Source: an uncultured Nitrososphaerota archaeon
GTDB lineage: Archaea; Thermoproteota; Nitrososphaeria; Nitrososphaerales; Gagatemarchaeaceae
Reading direction: 5' to 3'
DNA length: 64,000 bases
NCBI GenBank assembly: GCA_963703285.1
Contig: OY969807.1
Location: 2,188,124-2,252,123 of the forward strand
A program made the translations under genes and the position numbers. Positions 18,944 through 29,183 of the stretch are shown piece by piece. The notes under the pieces are model-generated. The model did not search any database, was not told the DNA's origin, and saw only the letters and a list, made by a program, of their open reading frames with translations. The first letter of the stretch is position 1, and every line of letters begins with the position of its first letter.

Positions 18944-19325
18944 CTTGCTCTTCTTCCTTGTTGAACTTGAACTTGTCCTTCAGGTCGACGAACTTGCCCC
19001 TCTCCTCAACCTTGATCGAGGTCTTGAGGCTGAACCTAAGCCCCAGGGACCTGAAGACCTCCATCAGCTCACCGCCGCTTATCTTTCCCCCGTCCTTGTG
19101 CTCCTTGAGGTACTTGGCCAGGTAGTCCACCACGACCGGCGCCTCCTTGGGGTAGTAGGAATACGCGGCTTCGAGCACCTCGTCGCCGCGGTCGTAGAGG
19201 TTCTCTAGCACAACCTCCCTGCTCGACTTCTCCTGGGGCTTCGGCGCGGTGGCCCGCTCCACGCGTCTCTTGAGTTGGGCCATCTTCCTCGCGTTGATCA
19301 TCCGAAGCTCTGCGTCATCTTCCAA
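18936..19325 (-). CDS. PDCD5-like dsDNA-binding protein
   Basis: DAELRMINARKM..RGDEVLEAAY..ISGGELMEVFRSLGL. Confidence 0.7.
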   Translation of the reverse strand: MEDDAELRMINARKMAQLKRRVERATAPKPQEKSSREVVLENLYDRGDEVLEAAYSYYPKEAPVVVDYLAKYLKEHKDGGKISGGELMEVFRSLGLRFSLKTSIKVEERGKFVDLKDKFKFNKEEEQVG

Positions 19326-19428
19326 GGTAGTTTGACAGCCCCCGGTCTCCAGTTAAATCCCTTTCTGGCGGCGCGGTCTATCGGGTGTCTCCCCTGGTGC
19401 TTATAGGGCCCACCGAGTTCGGACGACG

Positions 19429-19668
19429 ATGATACGCGGATACTGCTGGAAGTGCAAGACCGCCGTCGGAGGCTTCCGAAGACCCGTTCCGTGGCAGTGC
19501 CACAAGTGCAGGAGCCTCTTCTGCGAGAGATGCTGCAGGAAGAAGGTGGGTTGGATCTTCAAGAAGCCCGTGTGTCCGGAGTGCGGGATAGAGCTGGCGG
19601 AGGGGGGCTCGAGGTTCGGGGGCGGATACCCGACGTCCGGCGGATCTTCGAGTTGGGCCCCGTGGTGA
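19429..19668 (+). CDS. Small Cys-rich zinc-finger protein
   Basis: Four CxxC pairs (CWKC, CHKC, CERC, CPEC). Confidence 0.6.
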   Translation: MIRGYCWKCKTAVGGFRRPVPWQCHKCRSLFCERCCRKKVGWIFKKPVCPECGIELAEGGSRFGGGYPTSGGSSSWAPW

Positions 19669-19674
19669 CGTGGT

Positions 19675-19863
19675 TCAGCCGTCATCCGAGAGCGCGTCCA
19701 GGTTGTAGTAGACGAAGGCCTTGGCGTCGATCTTGTTCCCGCACTTGGAGCACTCGAAGTACTCGATCCCTGTCTTGCTCTTCCGAACGAAATGAGCCCT
19801 CCTGCGGTTGCACCTGATGCAGTTGCCCTGGACGGTCTCTTCGTCCTCCGACCTCCTGCTCAG
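19675..19863 (-). CDS. Small Zn-ribbon protein, 62 aa; apparent CTG start
   Basis: (M)SRRSEDEETVQGNCIRCNRRRAHF..YFECSKCGNKIDAKAFVYYNLDALSDDG*; CTGA overlap with the TetR stop. Confidence 0.65.
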   Translation of the reverse strand: MSRRSEDEETVQGNCIRCNRRRAHFVRKSKTGIEYFECSKCGNKIDAKAFVYYNLDALSDDG

Positions 19864-20525
19864 TTCTCGCGCTTGTCCCGCGAACCCTCGGCCGTCAGGA
19901 TTCGAGGCTCAGGCCGAGACGCGTCCGTCCCACGCTTCCCATGCGGATCCACACTGACAATCATGGCGAACGACTCCGTCCAGATTCTGTGAATCATGGA
20001 GGGCGGAAGGCCCAGTACAGACATGCGTGCGAGCCCGGAGTAGAGAGCGGTGAGCATCTCCGCCATGAGTCGCGTGTCACCCTTCTTCACCAGTCCCTTC
20101 TTGGCCTGCTCACGCACCAGTTCGTGAACGATGGCGAAGTAACTCTCCTGGTACTGCCTCAGGATCGACCTGACCCTCTCGTCGTACGTAGCGATGCCAG
20201 TCATCTCGAACATGATCCTGAATTGCGGTTGCCTCTCCTCGAACAGCTGCTTGTAGGCCTCCTCAAGCGCCGAATCAAGGTCCTTCCCTCGAAAGGCCGA
20301 CTGCAGCCCGTCCCTCGACTTCTCCTGGGTCCACTTGTAAATCGCCTCAAGGAGGTCCTCCTTCCCGCCGAAGTAGAGGTATATCGCCCCCTTGCTGACC
20401 CCCAGCTCGGCGGCGACGTCGTCCATTGTCGACTCGCTGTAGCCCTTGGTAGAGAATATCTTGAAGCCGGCCTCCACTATCTTCGACCGGGCCGCCTCCT
20501 TGTAGCCTGGGACGACCTTGGGCAT
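19860..20525 (-). CDS. TetR/AcrR family regulator
   Basis: IFSTKGYSESTMDDVAAELGVSKGAIYLYFGGKEDL. Confidence 0.92.
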   Translation of the reverse strand: MPKVVPGYKEAARSKIVEAGFKIFSTKGYSESTMDDVAAELGVSKGAIYLYFGGKEDLLEAIYKWTQEKSRDGLQSAFRGKDLDSALEEAYKQLFEERQPQFRIMFEMTGIATYDERVRSILRQYQESYFAIVHELVREQAKKGLVKKGDTRLMAEMLTALYSGLARMSVLGLPPSMIHRIWTESFAMIVSVDPHGKRGTDASRPEPRILTAEGSRDKREN

Positions 20526-20590
20526 GGGCAGGAATAAGATTACGAGAGCATTTAAACTATCTCATAGTCAGCTACGATAAGTATATTAAG

Positions 20591-20603
20591 TGACTTACGG
20601 TCA
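20591..20603. promoter_or_regulatory. Putative TetR operator
   Basis: Imperfect palindrome TGACT-TAC-GGTCA immediately after TATA-like TATATTAA between divergent tetR and MFS genes. Confidence 0.4.
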
Positions 20604-20622
20604 GTATGTCAGGTCGACACAG

Positions 20623-22107
20623 ATGGAATCTCCGAAGTCCGGGGCCTCCCCAGCGCTGACCGGACAGCCGTCTGCACGGCTTGACCCCCGCTACCCGACC
20701 AAGGTCCTGCTGACGGCGACAGCCGTCGCCCTCCTCCTCAACTACGTAGAGACGATGGTCATCCCCGGAATCCCCAAGATTCAGAATGACTTCGGGACCA
20801 CATCTACCGTCGCCTCCTGGATAACGTCCGCCTTCCTCATCGTGGGGAGCGCGGTCGCGCCGCTCTTCGGGAAGCTCGGTGACACACACGGGAAGAAGAG
20901 GATGGTCCTGGTCTCTCTCGCATTCTACACCTTCGGGGTGGGGATAGCCGGCTTCTCACCGTCGATATACTTCCTACTCCTCGCCAGGGCGGTCCAGGGG
21001 GTCGGGTTCGCGATAGTGCCGCTCTCTTTGGCCATAATAGCCGACACCTTCCCGAGGGAGAGGATAGCCGCGGCCCAGGGAGTGATCAGCGGGACTTTCG
21101 CAATAGGGGCAGCGGCGGGCCTGATAATAGGTTCCTACGTCGTCCAGGACCTCGGATGGCAGTACGCCTTCCATAGCGCTTTCATCCTCAGCATCGTCCT
21201 GGCCATCATCGTCTGGCGGGTCATCAAACCAGACACCCCCGGGCCCAGCCGTTCGGTCGACTATGCGGGGGCGGTGGTGTTGATGTCGGGCGTCACGCTT
21301 CTCCTCGTCTACGCGACCGAGGGACCCACTCTGGGGTGGCTCGTCCCCGAGGAGCTTGTCTTCCTCTTGCCGGGCGTAGCCCTTACCGTGGCCTTCTTCT
21401 TCTTCGAGAGGGGAAGGGTCGAGCCCCTCATCCGCCTCGACCTCCTGCGAATAAGGAACGTCCTGGTCGCAAACCTCATCGGAATCGTCTCGGGTACCCT
21501 CATGTTCCTCCTGTTCTTCGCAGTGGTCTACTACGCCGAGATACAGTCGCCCTTCGGCCTCGGCCTCGGGATAATAGCCACCGGACTGACCATGGCCCCT
21601 GCGACGCTGGCTATGCTCGCTATCGGACCAGTCGCTGGCAGGGCCGTCGCCCACCTGGGTCCGAGGCCGATCCTGTTCCTCAGCGCCTTGGTCATGATGG
21701 CGGGACTCGGCCTCTTCATATTCCACAGGGCCACGCCCGAGGACCTCACCGTCGATACGATCTTCGCGCTAATCGGGGTCGTCTGCATGATAATACCGAT
21801 CGTCAACATGGTAACCATCTCGCTGCCGAGGGAGACGACGGCGGTAGGGCTGGGAATCAACACTATGCTCAGGAACCTCGGGGGCGCCATCGGGCCTGTG
21901 GTCGCAACGGCCATCATGACGACCTACACGACCCCTCTGGTTGTCCAGGGCCACACCGTGGCGGAACTTCCTTCCGCTACTGCGTTCGACATCGTCTTCG
22001 AGGTCGCCCTGGTGCTCGCCGCAGGGGTGATCGTCCTCGCCTACACCAGCAGGAACTACACGTTCAGGCGCAACGGGAAGGGCTCGCCATCCCCAATGGC
22101 GTCTTGA
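20623..22107 (+). CDS. MFS efflux transporter, DHA2-like
   Basis: FGKLGDTHGKKR, ARAVQGVG, about 14 hydrophobic segments. Confidence 0.88.
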   Translation: MESPKSGASPALTGQPSARLDPRYPTKVLLTATAVALLLNYVETMVIPGIPKIQNDFGTTSTVASWITSAFLIVGSAVAPLFGKLGDTHGKKRMVLVSLAFYTFGVGIAGFSPSIYFLLLARAVQGVGFAIVPLSLAIIADTFPRERIAAAQGVISGTFAIGAAAGLIIGSYVVQDLGWQYAFHSAFILSIVLAIIVWRVIKPDTPGPSRSVDYAGAVVLMSGVTLLLVYATEGPTLGWLVPEELVFLLPGVALTVAFFFFERGRVEPLIRLDLLRIRNVLVANLIGIVSGTLMFLLFFAVVYYAEIQSPFGLGLGIIATGLTMAPATLAMLAIGPVAGRAVAHLGPRPILFLSALVMMAGLGLFIFHRATPEDLTVDTIFALIGVVCMIIPIVNMVTISLPRETTAVGLGINTMLRNLGGAIGPVVATAIMTTYTTPLVVQGHTVAELPSATAFDIVFEVALVLAAGVIVLAYTSRNYTFRRNGKGSPSPMAS

Positions 22108-22251
22108 GCAAGCGCGATCCCGATAATCCATTCAAGGGGAACCCGATACCCGTGAAGCGGAGCAGAAGCTACTTCCAGCGACTCGTCGTCAAAAGGACGA
22201 TTTCGCGACCTACCCACGCCTCGCATCCCCGGGTTGGATGATACAATAATT

Positions 22252-22680
22252 CTATGGTTGAGTGATTTTTATGGCCAAAGTCGGGCAGCTGGTCTCGCAG
22301 GCCATGCAAAATATACAATCAGCCTCTCGTACGGGGTCGGACTTGTCGGTCCTCCACTGGTCCCACTCCGGGGTGCCAGGGTCCACCAGCTTCTCCTTGC
22401 CCGTGCCAGCCTGGCCCGGGTTCAGGAGCCACTCGAAGACGAACACGGGGCAGACGTCCATGCACACTCCGTCCGCGATGCACGCTTCGAAGTCCACGGC
22501 GACAGCGGTACCGTGGATGCCGTTCGTGGTGGGATAGGGCTTGCCATCGGCGTCCATCCTGGCCTTGCCTCCGCTCCTGACTATGTGGGAGGCGTGCGTG
22601 CCGGTCTCAGGGAATTCGTCCGGTTTTTGGAGGAAGTTAGGGTCTATGGCCTTGGTCTTGTAATCCACTTCATGAACCAT
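22252..22680 (-). CDS. zfx: Zinc-containing dicluster ferredoxin
   Basis: N-terminal H-x-x-H..GIHGT Zn extension, CIADGVCMDVCP and CIFCMACETSCP. Confidence 0.9.
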   Translation of the reverse strand: MVHEVDYKTKAIDPNFLQKPDEFPETGTHASHIVRSGGKARMDADGKPYPTTNGIHGTAVAVDFEACIADGVCMDVCPVFVFEWLLNPGQAGTGKEKLVDPGTPEWDQWRTDKSDPVREADCIFCMACETSCPTLAIKITQP

Positions 22681-22726
22681 TTAGGCTGTCTCGTGCCGGA
22701 CCACCTAGGCCCGGTTATAAGTTTGT

Positions 22727-23434
22727 TCAATCACGCCGGCGCTTCCTCTTCAAAACCCTGAAGCCGCCGTCCTGCTGTATGACGTAGACCTCCACCTCCC
22801 CGGGGGTGAAGATGCCCGACTCGACGACCCCGTCTATCGACTTGATCTCGGCCTCGAGGACCGCGGGCCTCTCGATGGGCTCAAAGCCTACGTCGAAGAG
22901 CAGGTTCCCATTCTCCGTGTAGAAGGGGAACCCCCTCTCGCCGAGCCTTATCCTGGGCTCGCCCCCTATCTCGCGCAGCCTCTCCGCGACCGGGACGCGG
23001 GCGAAGGGGTGCGCCTCGACCGGGACCTTCACGCCTCCGCTGCAGAGCTTCCCGGCGAGCTTCCTCTCGTCCGCGACAATCAGCGCCCGGGCGGCGTTGC
23101 CGATCACCACCTTCTCCCTGAAGAGCGCCCCGCCGCCCCCCTTGATGAGGTTCAGTTCGCGGTCGATCTGGTCGGCACCGTCAAGGACCAGGTCGAGCGC
23201 CGGCCTGTCGATGGAAGAGATCTCCTGATGGAGGGCCTGCGCCACGAGCTGTATCTGCAGTGACGTCGGAACCCACCGCGCCCTGACATCCCTCCGCTTC
23301 ATCTCCCTGGTTATCGTCGGCAGGACGGCGGCAACCGTGGTCCCGGACCCCAGTCCCAGGAGCGCACCCCTCCTGATTCTCGTGGATATCGCGACGCCGA
23401 TCTTCTCGATGCTCTCGGCTCGCAGGTCCTTCAA
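22727..23434 (-). CDS. rpiA: Ribose-5-phosphate isomerase A
   Basis: GLGSGTT, DGADQID, IKGGGGALFREK, TENGN. Confidence 0.93.
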   Translation of the reverse strand: MKDLRAESIEKIGVAISTRIRRGALLGLGSGTTVAAVLPTITREMKRRDVRARWVPTSLQIQLVAQALHQEISSIDRPALDLVLDGADQIDRELNLIKGGGGALFREKVVIGNAARALIVADERKLAGKLCSGGVKVPVEAHPFARVPVAERLREIGGEPRIRLGERGFPFYTENGNLLFDVGFEPIERPAVLEAEIKSIDGVVESGIFTPGEVEVYVIQQDGGFRVLKRKRRRD

Positions 23435-24123
23435 GCGGTCTCGTTCTCTTTCCTTGTGTCAATCTGCTCGAGCTCGGCGAGGGCGTCCATCACCTCGTCC
23501 CGCAGGGCCCTAACCCGCTTCTCGCCCTCGCTGTCGTCCCTCTTGACCGGAGCCTTCCTCTCGATGACCTCCTCCAGGTCGTCTGTCTGTGGAATCGGGG
23601 CCACGGCGACGGCCCTTGCCGGCCGCTGGGGCTCCTGCCTCAGCTCCTCCCTCATGGGCTGCAGCCTCTCCTTGGCCTGGTCTAGTCGTGATTCGATGTT
23701 CTGTATCTTGTCCCTGAAGAGAGAGACGAGCTCATCTCTGAGGTTCTCGAGCTCGCCGACCTCGACCACGAGCTCCTTGTCCCTCAGCTTTGCCTCGAAC
23801 TCCCTTATCTGAGAGCTGTACTTGCGCGCGATGATCTCCCTCTCCTCCCTCGTTATCTGGCCGTCGCTCTCCGCCTCGTAGACTTTGGTCAGGGCGGCCG
23901 AGAGCAGGTCCCGCTCGAGCATGAGGGTCCGCATCTCCCTCTTGGAGGCGTCGAGCTGGTCGACGGTGACCGACTTCCTCCTGATCTGGCCGGTCTCGTC
24001 CCGCTGGATTACCTGCACCTTCGTCCTCCCTCCCCTCCTGTAGAACACGAAGTACGAGACCCCGAGCCCGACGGCCGCCCCGCCAGCGACCCCGACGGCG
24101 AGCGTGGCCGGGTCTAGAGACAT
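23431..24123 (-). CDS. Membrane-anchored coiled-coil hypothetical protein
   Basis: N-terminal hydrophobic helix followed by charged heptads; host-like codon usage. Confidence 0.7.
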   Translation of the reverse strand: MSLDPATLAVGVAGGAAVGLGVSYFVFYRRGGRTKVQVIQRDETGQIRRKSVTVDQLDASKREMRTLMLERDLLSAALTKVYEAESDGQITREEREIIARKYSSQIREFEAKLRDKELVVEVGELENLRDELVSLFRDKIQNIESRLDQAKERLQPMREELRQEPQRPARAVAVAPIPQTDDLEEVIERKAPVKRDDSEGEKRVRALRDEVMDALAELEQIDTRKENETA

Positions 24124-24212
24124 GTCCCAATCCCCGCAGATATCGCGCTAAATCGGTCTGACAATTGACGCGCTCTAGACAAGCCCTTGCTCAGGATATT
24201 AAGCTTAGGTGG

Positions 24213-24443
24213 TCATCCGGGGGGAGGAGAGATCATGATGATGTTGTCTCCCCTGACGATGAGCGTTCCGAGCGTCGTCGAGGTGCCTTCCTCCGTGACC
24301 TCTTCCGCGTTCTCGAGCGAGAGGTTCATGTGCTGGTCGAACCCCTGAAGAGAGCCGCGTATGATCTTCCCGCCCTTCAGCTTGATCAGGACGACCTTCC
24401 CGAGGCTCCTGTCGAGCTCCTTGATTGCCATGTCGACCGACAC
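24213..24443 (-). CDS. Sm-like (LSm/SmAP) protein
   Basis: MSVDMAIKELDRSLGKVVLIKLKGG..GFDQHMNL..IVRGDNIIMISPP. Confidence 0.93.
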   Translation of the reverse strand: MSVDMAIKELDRSLGKVVLIKLKGGKIIRGSLQGFDQHMNLSLENAEEVTEEGTSTTLGTLIVRGDNIIMISPPPG

Positions 24444-24514
24444 TAGGGGATCACTAAGCGTTTCGTGGCTTTCGGGAGTGGCTTTATTAAACTGATGGGT
24501 AGAGCGGCCCGAGC

Positions 24515-24997
24515 TTGAAGAGACAGGTCGCGTCGAAGCGAGAGTCCCGTGACTACATCGAGACCGTGCGGTCCTCCTCGGGGATGAAGCTCGACGTCCC
24601 GCGCTCCGCTCAGGTCGAGGTCGTTGAGCCACAGCCAGGGGTCAGGTTCCTCGTGATCGACGGCAGGCACACCTTCGTGGAGAAGGACGGATCGCTCATC
24701 CCGTACGTCGGCTCCCAGGAGACCGTCGCCCTGCTGCCGTCGGCATTCATCGACGACGGTGCCGTGAGGTTCATCCTGAAGGGTGCCGACGTGATGCGTC
24801 CCGGGATTGTGAGGTACGACCCCTGGGGCGCGAAGGACTCGCTCGTCGTCATCAGGGACGACGCGAAGGGGAGGGCGCTGGCCATCGGGAAGGCGAGCGT
24901 CGCGAGCGACGAGATGCTGGGGATGAGCAAGGGCGTCTCGATAAGGAGCCTGCACCACGCCGGGGACGCTTTCTGGGAGTCCCACAAGCTGATGTGA
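24515..24997 (+). CDS. PUA-domain RNA-binding protein (MCT-1/DUF1947-like)
   Basis: IDDGAVRFILKGADVMRPGI, HHAGDAFWE. Confidence 0.85.
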   Translation: MKRQVASKRESRDYIETVRSSSGMKLDVPRSAQVEVVEPQPGVRFLVIDGRHTFVEKDGSLIPYVGSQETVALLPSAFIDDGAVRFILKGADVMRPGIVRYDPWGAKDSLVVIRDDAKGRALAIGKASVASDEMLGMSKGVSIRSLHHAGDAFWESHKLM

Positions 24998-25131
24998 GAG
25001 TGAGCGCGGCTTTGGCCTCGGGGGAACGCGAATCTGAGGCGCCACCCGTCTCAGGCGCCCGACTGACCGGTGGGAACTGTCTTCGTTTAGGTTTAAAAAG
25101 GGGACGCGGTCTGTTTGGCTGACAGATTTAG

Positions 25132-25437
25132 TTGGAATCGGGTTTGAGCGAAGAGACAGACTCCCAGGAGAAGGGGACCGATATCCTCCTCAAGGCTCTG
25201 CAGCTGAAGAGCCTCGACGAGATACCGAAGATCGAGGAGGACGTGGCGAAGAGGGTGATAGTCATACTCAGGGTCACTCCGCTGGCCCAGAAGAGCGTCG
25301 AGGAGTTGAAGGGGGCTGTGGAACAGCTCTACGAGTTCTCGACCTCGATCGGCGGAGACATGGCGAGGCTGGGCGAGGAGAGGATAGTCATAACCCCTCC
25401 AGGGGTGCGGATCTGGAGAGGGTCGCTCGCTCAGTAG
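25132..25437 (+). CDS. sepF: Archaeal SepF-like protein
   Basis: VILRVTPLAQK..GGDMARLGEERIVITPPGVRIWR. Confidence 0.8.
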   Translation: MESGLSEETDSQEKGTDILLKALQLKSLDEIPKIEEDVAKRVIVILRVTPLAQKSVEELKGAVEQLYEFSTSIGGDMARLGEERIVITPPGVRIWRGSLAQ

Positions 25438-27344
25438 AGCCTGATTGCTTCCTGGACTGCGGGCCTCAGCGTGGGGACCCGGTAGATTCTCTGTATCACG
25501 TAAGAGAGGTTCTCGAGCTTCCTCTTCTCCCCGTGGTTTACGATGACCTGCTGCAGCTTCGGCCTCATCTTCCCGATGAAGCGTATTATCTGGTTGTAGT
25601 CGCTGTGCCCGCTGAACCCCTCGACCTTCTGTACCTGGCACTTGACGTCCACTATCTTGATTTTCCCGTTGTCTCCCAGCAGGCTGGCCTGGTGCGCGCC
25701 GTCGAGGACCCTCCTGCCTAGCGTCCCTTGGACCTGGTAGGAGACGAAGAGGATCTTGTTCCTCTCGGAGGGCGCGATCTGCTCGAAGTACTGGAGGACC
25801 GGGCCCCCCTCGAGCATCCCCGAGGTGGCCATGATGACCGCCGGACCCTCCCTCAGGGCCTCCTCCCTCCCCGACGGGTGCTCTATCGACGTGAAGTACT
25901 CGGAGACGAACGGGTTGATGCCCTGGTCGAGCATCTTGGACCTGAGTTCCCTGGACAGGTAGTCGGCGTATGAGACGTGGATGGCCGTCGCCTCCGATAT
26001 CATCCCCTCGAGGAAGACCGGGGCCTCGGTGAGCACCTTGTTCCTCATGTACTGGTCGAGGACGAGGATGATCTCCTGCGCCCTTCCGACCGCGGGTATC
26101 GGTATGACGACCTTGCCGCCCTCGGAGAGGGTCCTGTTGATGGCGTTGACGAAGTTCATCTCCACCTCCTCCCGCTGTGGCATGATGTCCTCCTTGGCGC
26201 CGTAGGTGCCCTCGGTTATCAGAGTCTCGACCCTGGGATAGTTCCAGGCGGCGGAGTCGAAGAGTTGCGTCCGCCCGTACTTGTAGTCGCCCGTGTAGAC
26301 GATGTTGTGGACCCCCTCCCCTATGTGGAGGTGAACGGTCGCCGAACCCAGGATGTGACCCGCGTTGTTGAAGACGAGCTTGATGTCCGGCGAGACGTCG
26401 GTGACCGTGCCGTACTGGAGCGTTACGGCGTGCTGGATCATGTCCCGGATGTCCTTCTGGTCGTAGAGGATCCGCCCTCCCTCGATCTGTGCGATTTTGA
26501 TGTAGTCGCTCTGGAGCAGCGTCATCAGGGGGAGCGTCGGCTCGGTGCAGTAGACGGGCCCCGAGTACCCGAACTTGAAGAGGGCGGGGAGGAACCCCAT
26601 GTGATCCAGGTGGGCGTGGCTTATGATCACTGCGTCGAGCTCGTTGAGCTGGACGTCCGCCCAGTCGAGCCTGGGGTATGCGTCCCAGGCGTTCCTTGAC
26701 CCCGGATGGATTCCCGCGTCGAGGAGTATCTTGCTCTCCGACGTCTCGACGAGGAAGCACGAACGCCCGACCTCCTGCCCCGCGCCGAGGCACTTTATCG
26801 TGATCTGCTCCGACGTCGTGAACCTCGGCCTGAAGATGGTCTCCCCGAGGTCGCGGTAGAACCTCTCCCTCTCGTCCGCCCCCGTCTTCAGGGCGTAGTG
26901 GATGGTCTGGATGGCGCTGGAAGCGACGTGCGGAGACTTCCTGACCTTGATCTTCCAGCCCGTCTGCTCCATAAGCCCCGCCACGTCGTAGCCGTTCTCG
27001 GAGGCCAGCAGCTTCGGAGTATTGGCCTCGATGGTTATCTCGCCCGTAGCGTCGTCGAAGAAGTAGTTGGTGGCCCCAGCCTCGACCGGGATCGCCTTGT
27101 CGAGGATGGACCGGACGTCCTGCTCCGGCTTCCTGATCGACTTCTCGGTGCGGGTGACGACGCGCTTCTTGACGGAGTTGACTATCTCGGAGATGATGTA
27201 GTTGTTCTGGTGGAGGTACTTGGGGTTCTTGGTGTAGAGGGCGATCCTCGGACCCTCGTACTCTATCCTGGTGATCTGAGCCTCCGCTGGGATACTGTTG
27301 AGTATCGTACTCATTAGGCTGACTTGACTTGCCTTCTGCGCCAA
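25431..27344 (-). CDS. fttA: Beta-CASP ribonuclease aCPSF1 / transcription termination factor FttA
   Basis: KH region IEYEGP, EVGRSC, SHAHLDHMG, AGHILGS, GFSGHSD, NHGE. Confidence 0.95.
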   Translation of the reverse strand: MAQKASQVSLMSTILNSIPAEAQITRIEYEGPRIALYTKNPKYLHQNNYIISEIVNSVKKRVVTRTEKSIRKPEQDVRSILDKAIPVEAGATNYFFDDATGEITIEANTPKLLASENGYDVAGLMEQTGWKIKVRKSPHVASSAIQTIHYALKTGADERERFYRDLGETIFRPRFTTSEQITIKCLGAGQEVGRSCFLVETSESKILLDAGIHPGSRNAWDAYPRLDWADVQLNELDAVIISHAHLDHMGFLPALFKFGYSGPVYCTEPTLPLMTLLQSDYIKIAQIEGGRILYDQKDIRDMIQHAVTLQYGTVTDVSPDIKLVFNNAGHILGSATVHLHIGEGVHNIVYTGDYKYGRTQLFDSAAWNYPRVETLITEGTYGAKEDIMPQREEVEMNFVNAINRTLSEGGKVVIPIPAVGRAQEIILVLDQYMRNKVLTEAPVFLEGMISEATAIHVSYADYLSRELRSKMLDQGINPFVSEYFTSIEHPSGREEALREGPAVIMATSGMLEGGPVLQYFEQIAPSERNKILFVSYQVQGTLGRRVLDGAHQASLLGDNGKIKIVDVKCQVQKVEGFSGHSDYNQIIRFIGKMRPKLQQVIVNHGEKRKLENLSYVIQRIYRVPTLRPAVQEAIRLY

Positions 27345-27347
27345 ACG

Positions 27348-28008
27348 TTAACTGCGACCCGCAAACTGACCCAGGAGCTTCTCCTTGTCCTGCTCCGAGA
27401 CCTCCCTGAAGCCCGACTCGTCCATTATGGCGATGTCAAAGTGGTCTCCCGTGAACACATTCCTCCTCATGGCAGCGATGATCGCGTTCGCCGCCACGGG
27501 CAGCGCCTTTGCAACTGTCATGCCCTCGTGATAGCCCTCCTCGAGGACGCCCCAGCGCCACGGGGGAACCGCTCCCCGTCGAGGTGACGTTCTCCTTGAG
27601 CACCGACCCGAAGAAGTCCAGGTTGTATATCGAGCCCCCGGACCTGTCGTAGCCCCCGACGATTACGGACGCGATGAAGGGGTAGTAGCGGGACGAGAAG
27701 AGGATGTTCGAGAGTATCCTCGCAGCCGACTTGACCGGCAGCGGGACGCCCTTCTCTATCTGGTAGCTCCTGGAGTAGTACTTCAGAGTGTCAATCACGT
27801 TCTGGGCGTCCGCGACACCACCCGATATCGTGACGGCCAAGTTGTCGGAGACCTGGAGGAGCTTCTTGCCCCTCTTGTGCGCAATGAAACCGCCCGCCGT
27901 GACCCTCGTGTCCGTGGCGAGTATGACTCCGTCTGAACAGACGAGACCGACCGTCGTCGTCCCGTGGTACGTCGCGTTACCTGGCTGTTCTTGGTTCAGC
28001 TTGTTCAA
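27348..28008 (-). CDS. psmB: Proteasome beta subunit, catalytic Thr type; frameshift at 27550-27553
   Basis: HG|TTTVG, TGSGSPVALG then shifted VLEEGY..AMRRNVFTGDHFDI ending TAA at 27348. Confidence 0.9.
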
Positions 28009-28144
28009 CTTGTCTCACAATAATCCGACAGGTCGCCCCCGGAGGGACGAACCTGGGAGCGCCGGGTCTCTTAATTAACTTTTGCATTGACGAAGGCGAA
28101 CTTCTGGACGAAGCTTATTATCTCGTCCGCGGGCGCTCGCCCTC

Positions 28145-29183
28145 ATGCGTCCTCGCTGGCATTTGATGGAGCTGCCGCAGAGGATCCTGATCGGGGAGGA
28201 CATCCTCCGGCTCCTGGGCGAGTTTCTGGAGATGCCGAAGAGCGCGAGGATCGTCGTGGCCTCGGGGCTGAACGTCCAGCAGAAGGTCAGGGAGGTCGTG
28301 GCCGCCTCCCTAAGGGGGAGGGTGAGCTGGGTGGACGTCGAGTCGTCGGACATGAAGAACGTCCACTCGGTGATGAGGGCCTCCAAGGAGGCGAGGTGCA
28401 TAATCGGCCTCGGGGGAGGCAAGTCGGTCGACGTCGGCAAGCTAGCGGCGTCGAAGCTGAACCTCCCTTTCTTCTCCGTCCCGACCAGCGCGTCCCACGA
28501 CGGGATAGCGAGCCCCTTCGCCTCGATCCGGGGGACTGAGAAGCACTACTCGATCAAGGCGAAGCCGCCGGTCGGGATTCTCGCCGACGTTGAGCTGATA
28601 GCGGCTGCGCCTCCCCGGCTCTTCGCGGCTGGCTGCGGGGACCTGGTCGCGAAGCTGACCGCCGTCAACGACTGGCAGCTGGGGCACGATCCAGACGGGG
28701 GAGTACTACGGGGAGTACGCTGCGAATCTTGCGCTCATGAGCGGCAGGCTCGTGATAAACAACTCGAAGAGGATGGCGCCCGGGGACATGTCGGCGGTCC
28801 GCGACCTCGTCGAGGCGCTGATAAGCACCGGCGTCGCGGCCGGCATAGCAGGGAGCAGCAGGCCGTGCAGCGGGTCAGAGCACCTGTTCAGCCATGCCCT
28901 GGACGTGATCTCGCCGGGCAACGGACTCCACGGCGAGAAGTGCGGGATCGGGACGATAATGGTCGCAAAGCTGCAGGGGCTCGACTGGCGCTCGGTCAGG
29001 TCGGCGCTCAATGACGTAAAGGCCCCGGTCACCGCCGACGCCATCTCGGTCTCGGACAGCGAGGTGGTCGAGGCGCTGGTGAGAGCCTCGGAGATCCGCC
29101 CCGACCGCTACACTATCCTCTCGAAGGTCAGGCTGACGGGGAGCACGGCCCGGGAGCTCGCCGAGGACACGGGCGTTATCTAG
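28145..29183 (+). CDS. egsA: Glycerol-1-phosphate dehydrogenase; frameshift near 28691
   Basis: GGGKSVDVGK, PTSASHDGIASP, AGSSRPCSGSEHLFSHALD, HGEKCG. Confidence 0.92.

Noticed and set aside
24995-25075. Structured intergenic stretch with two CTGA motifs, possible C/D sRNA
   Set aside because: No convincing C box or recognisable rRNA/tRNA target by eye.
27550-27553. psmB frameshift
   Set aside because: One extra base in a homopolymer of a conserved core gene; probable sequencing error.
28691-28692. egsA split into two ORFs
   Set aside because: One duplicated C in an essential lipid gene; probable sequencing error, no BHB motif.
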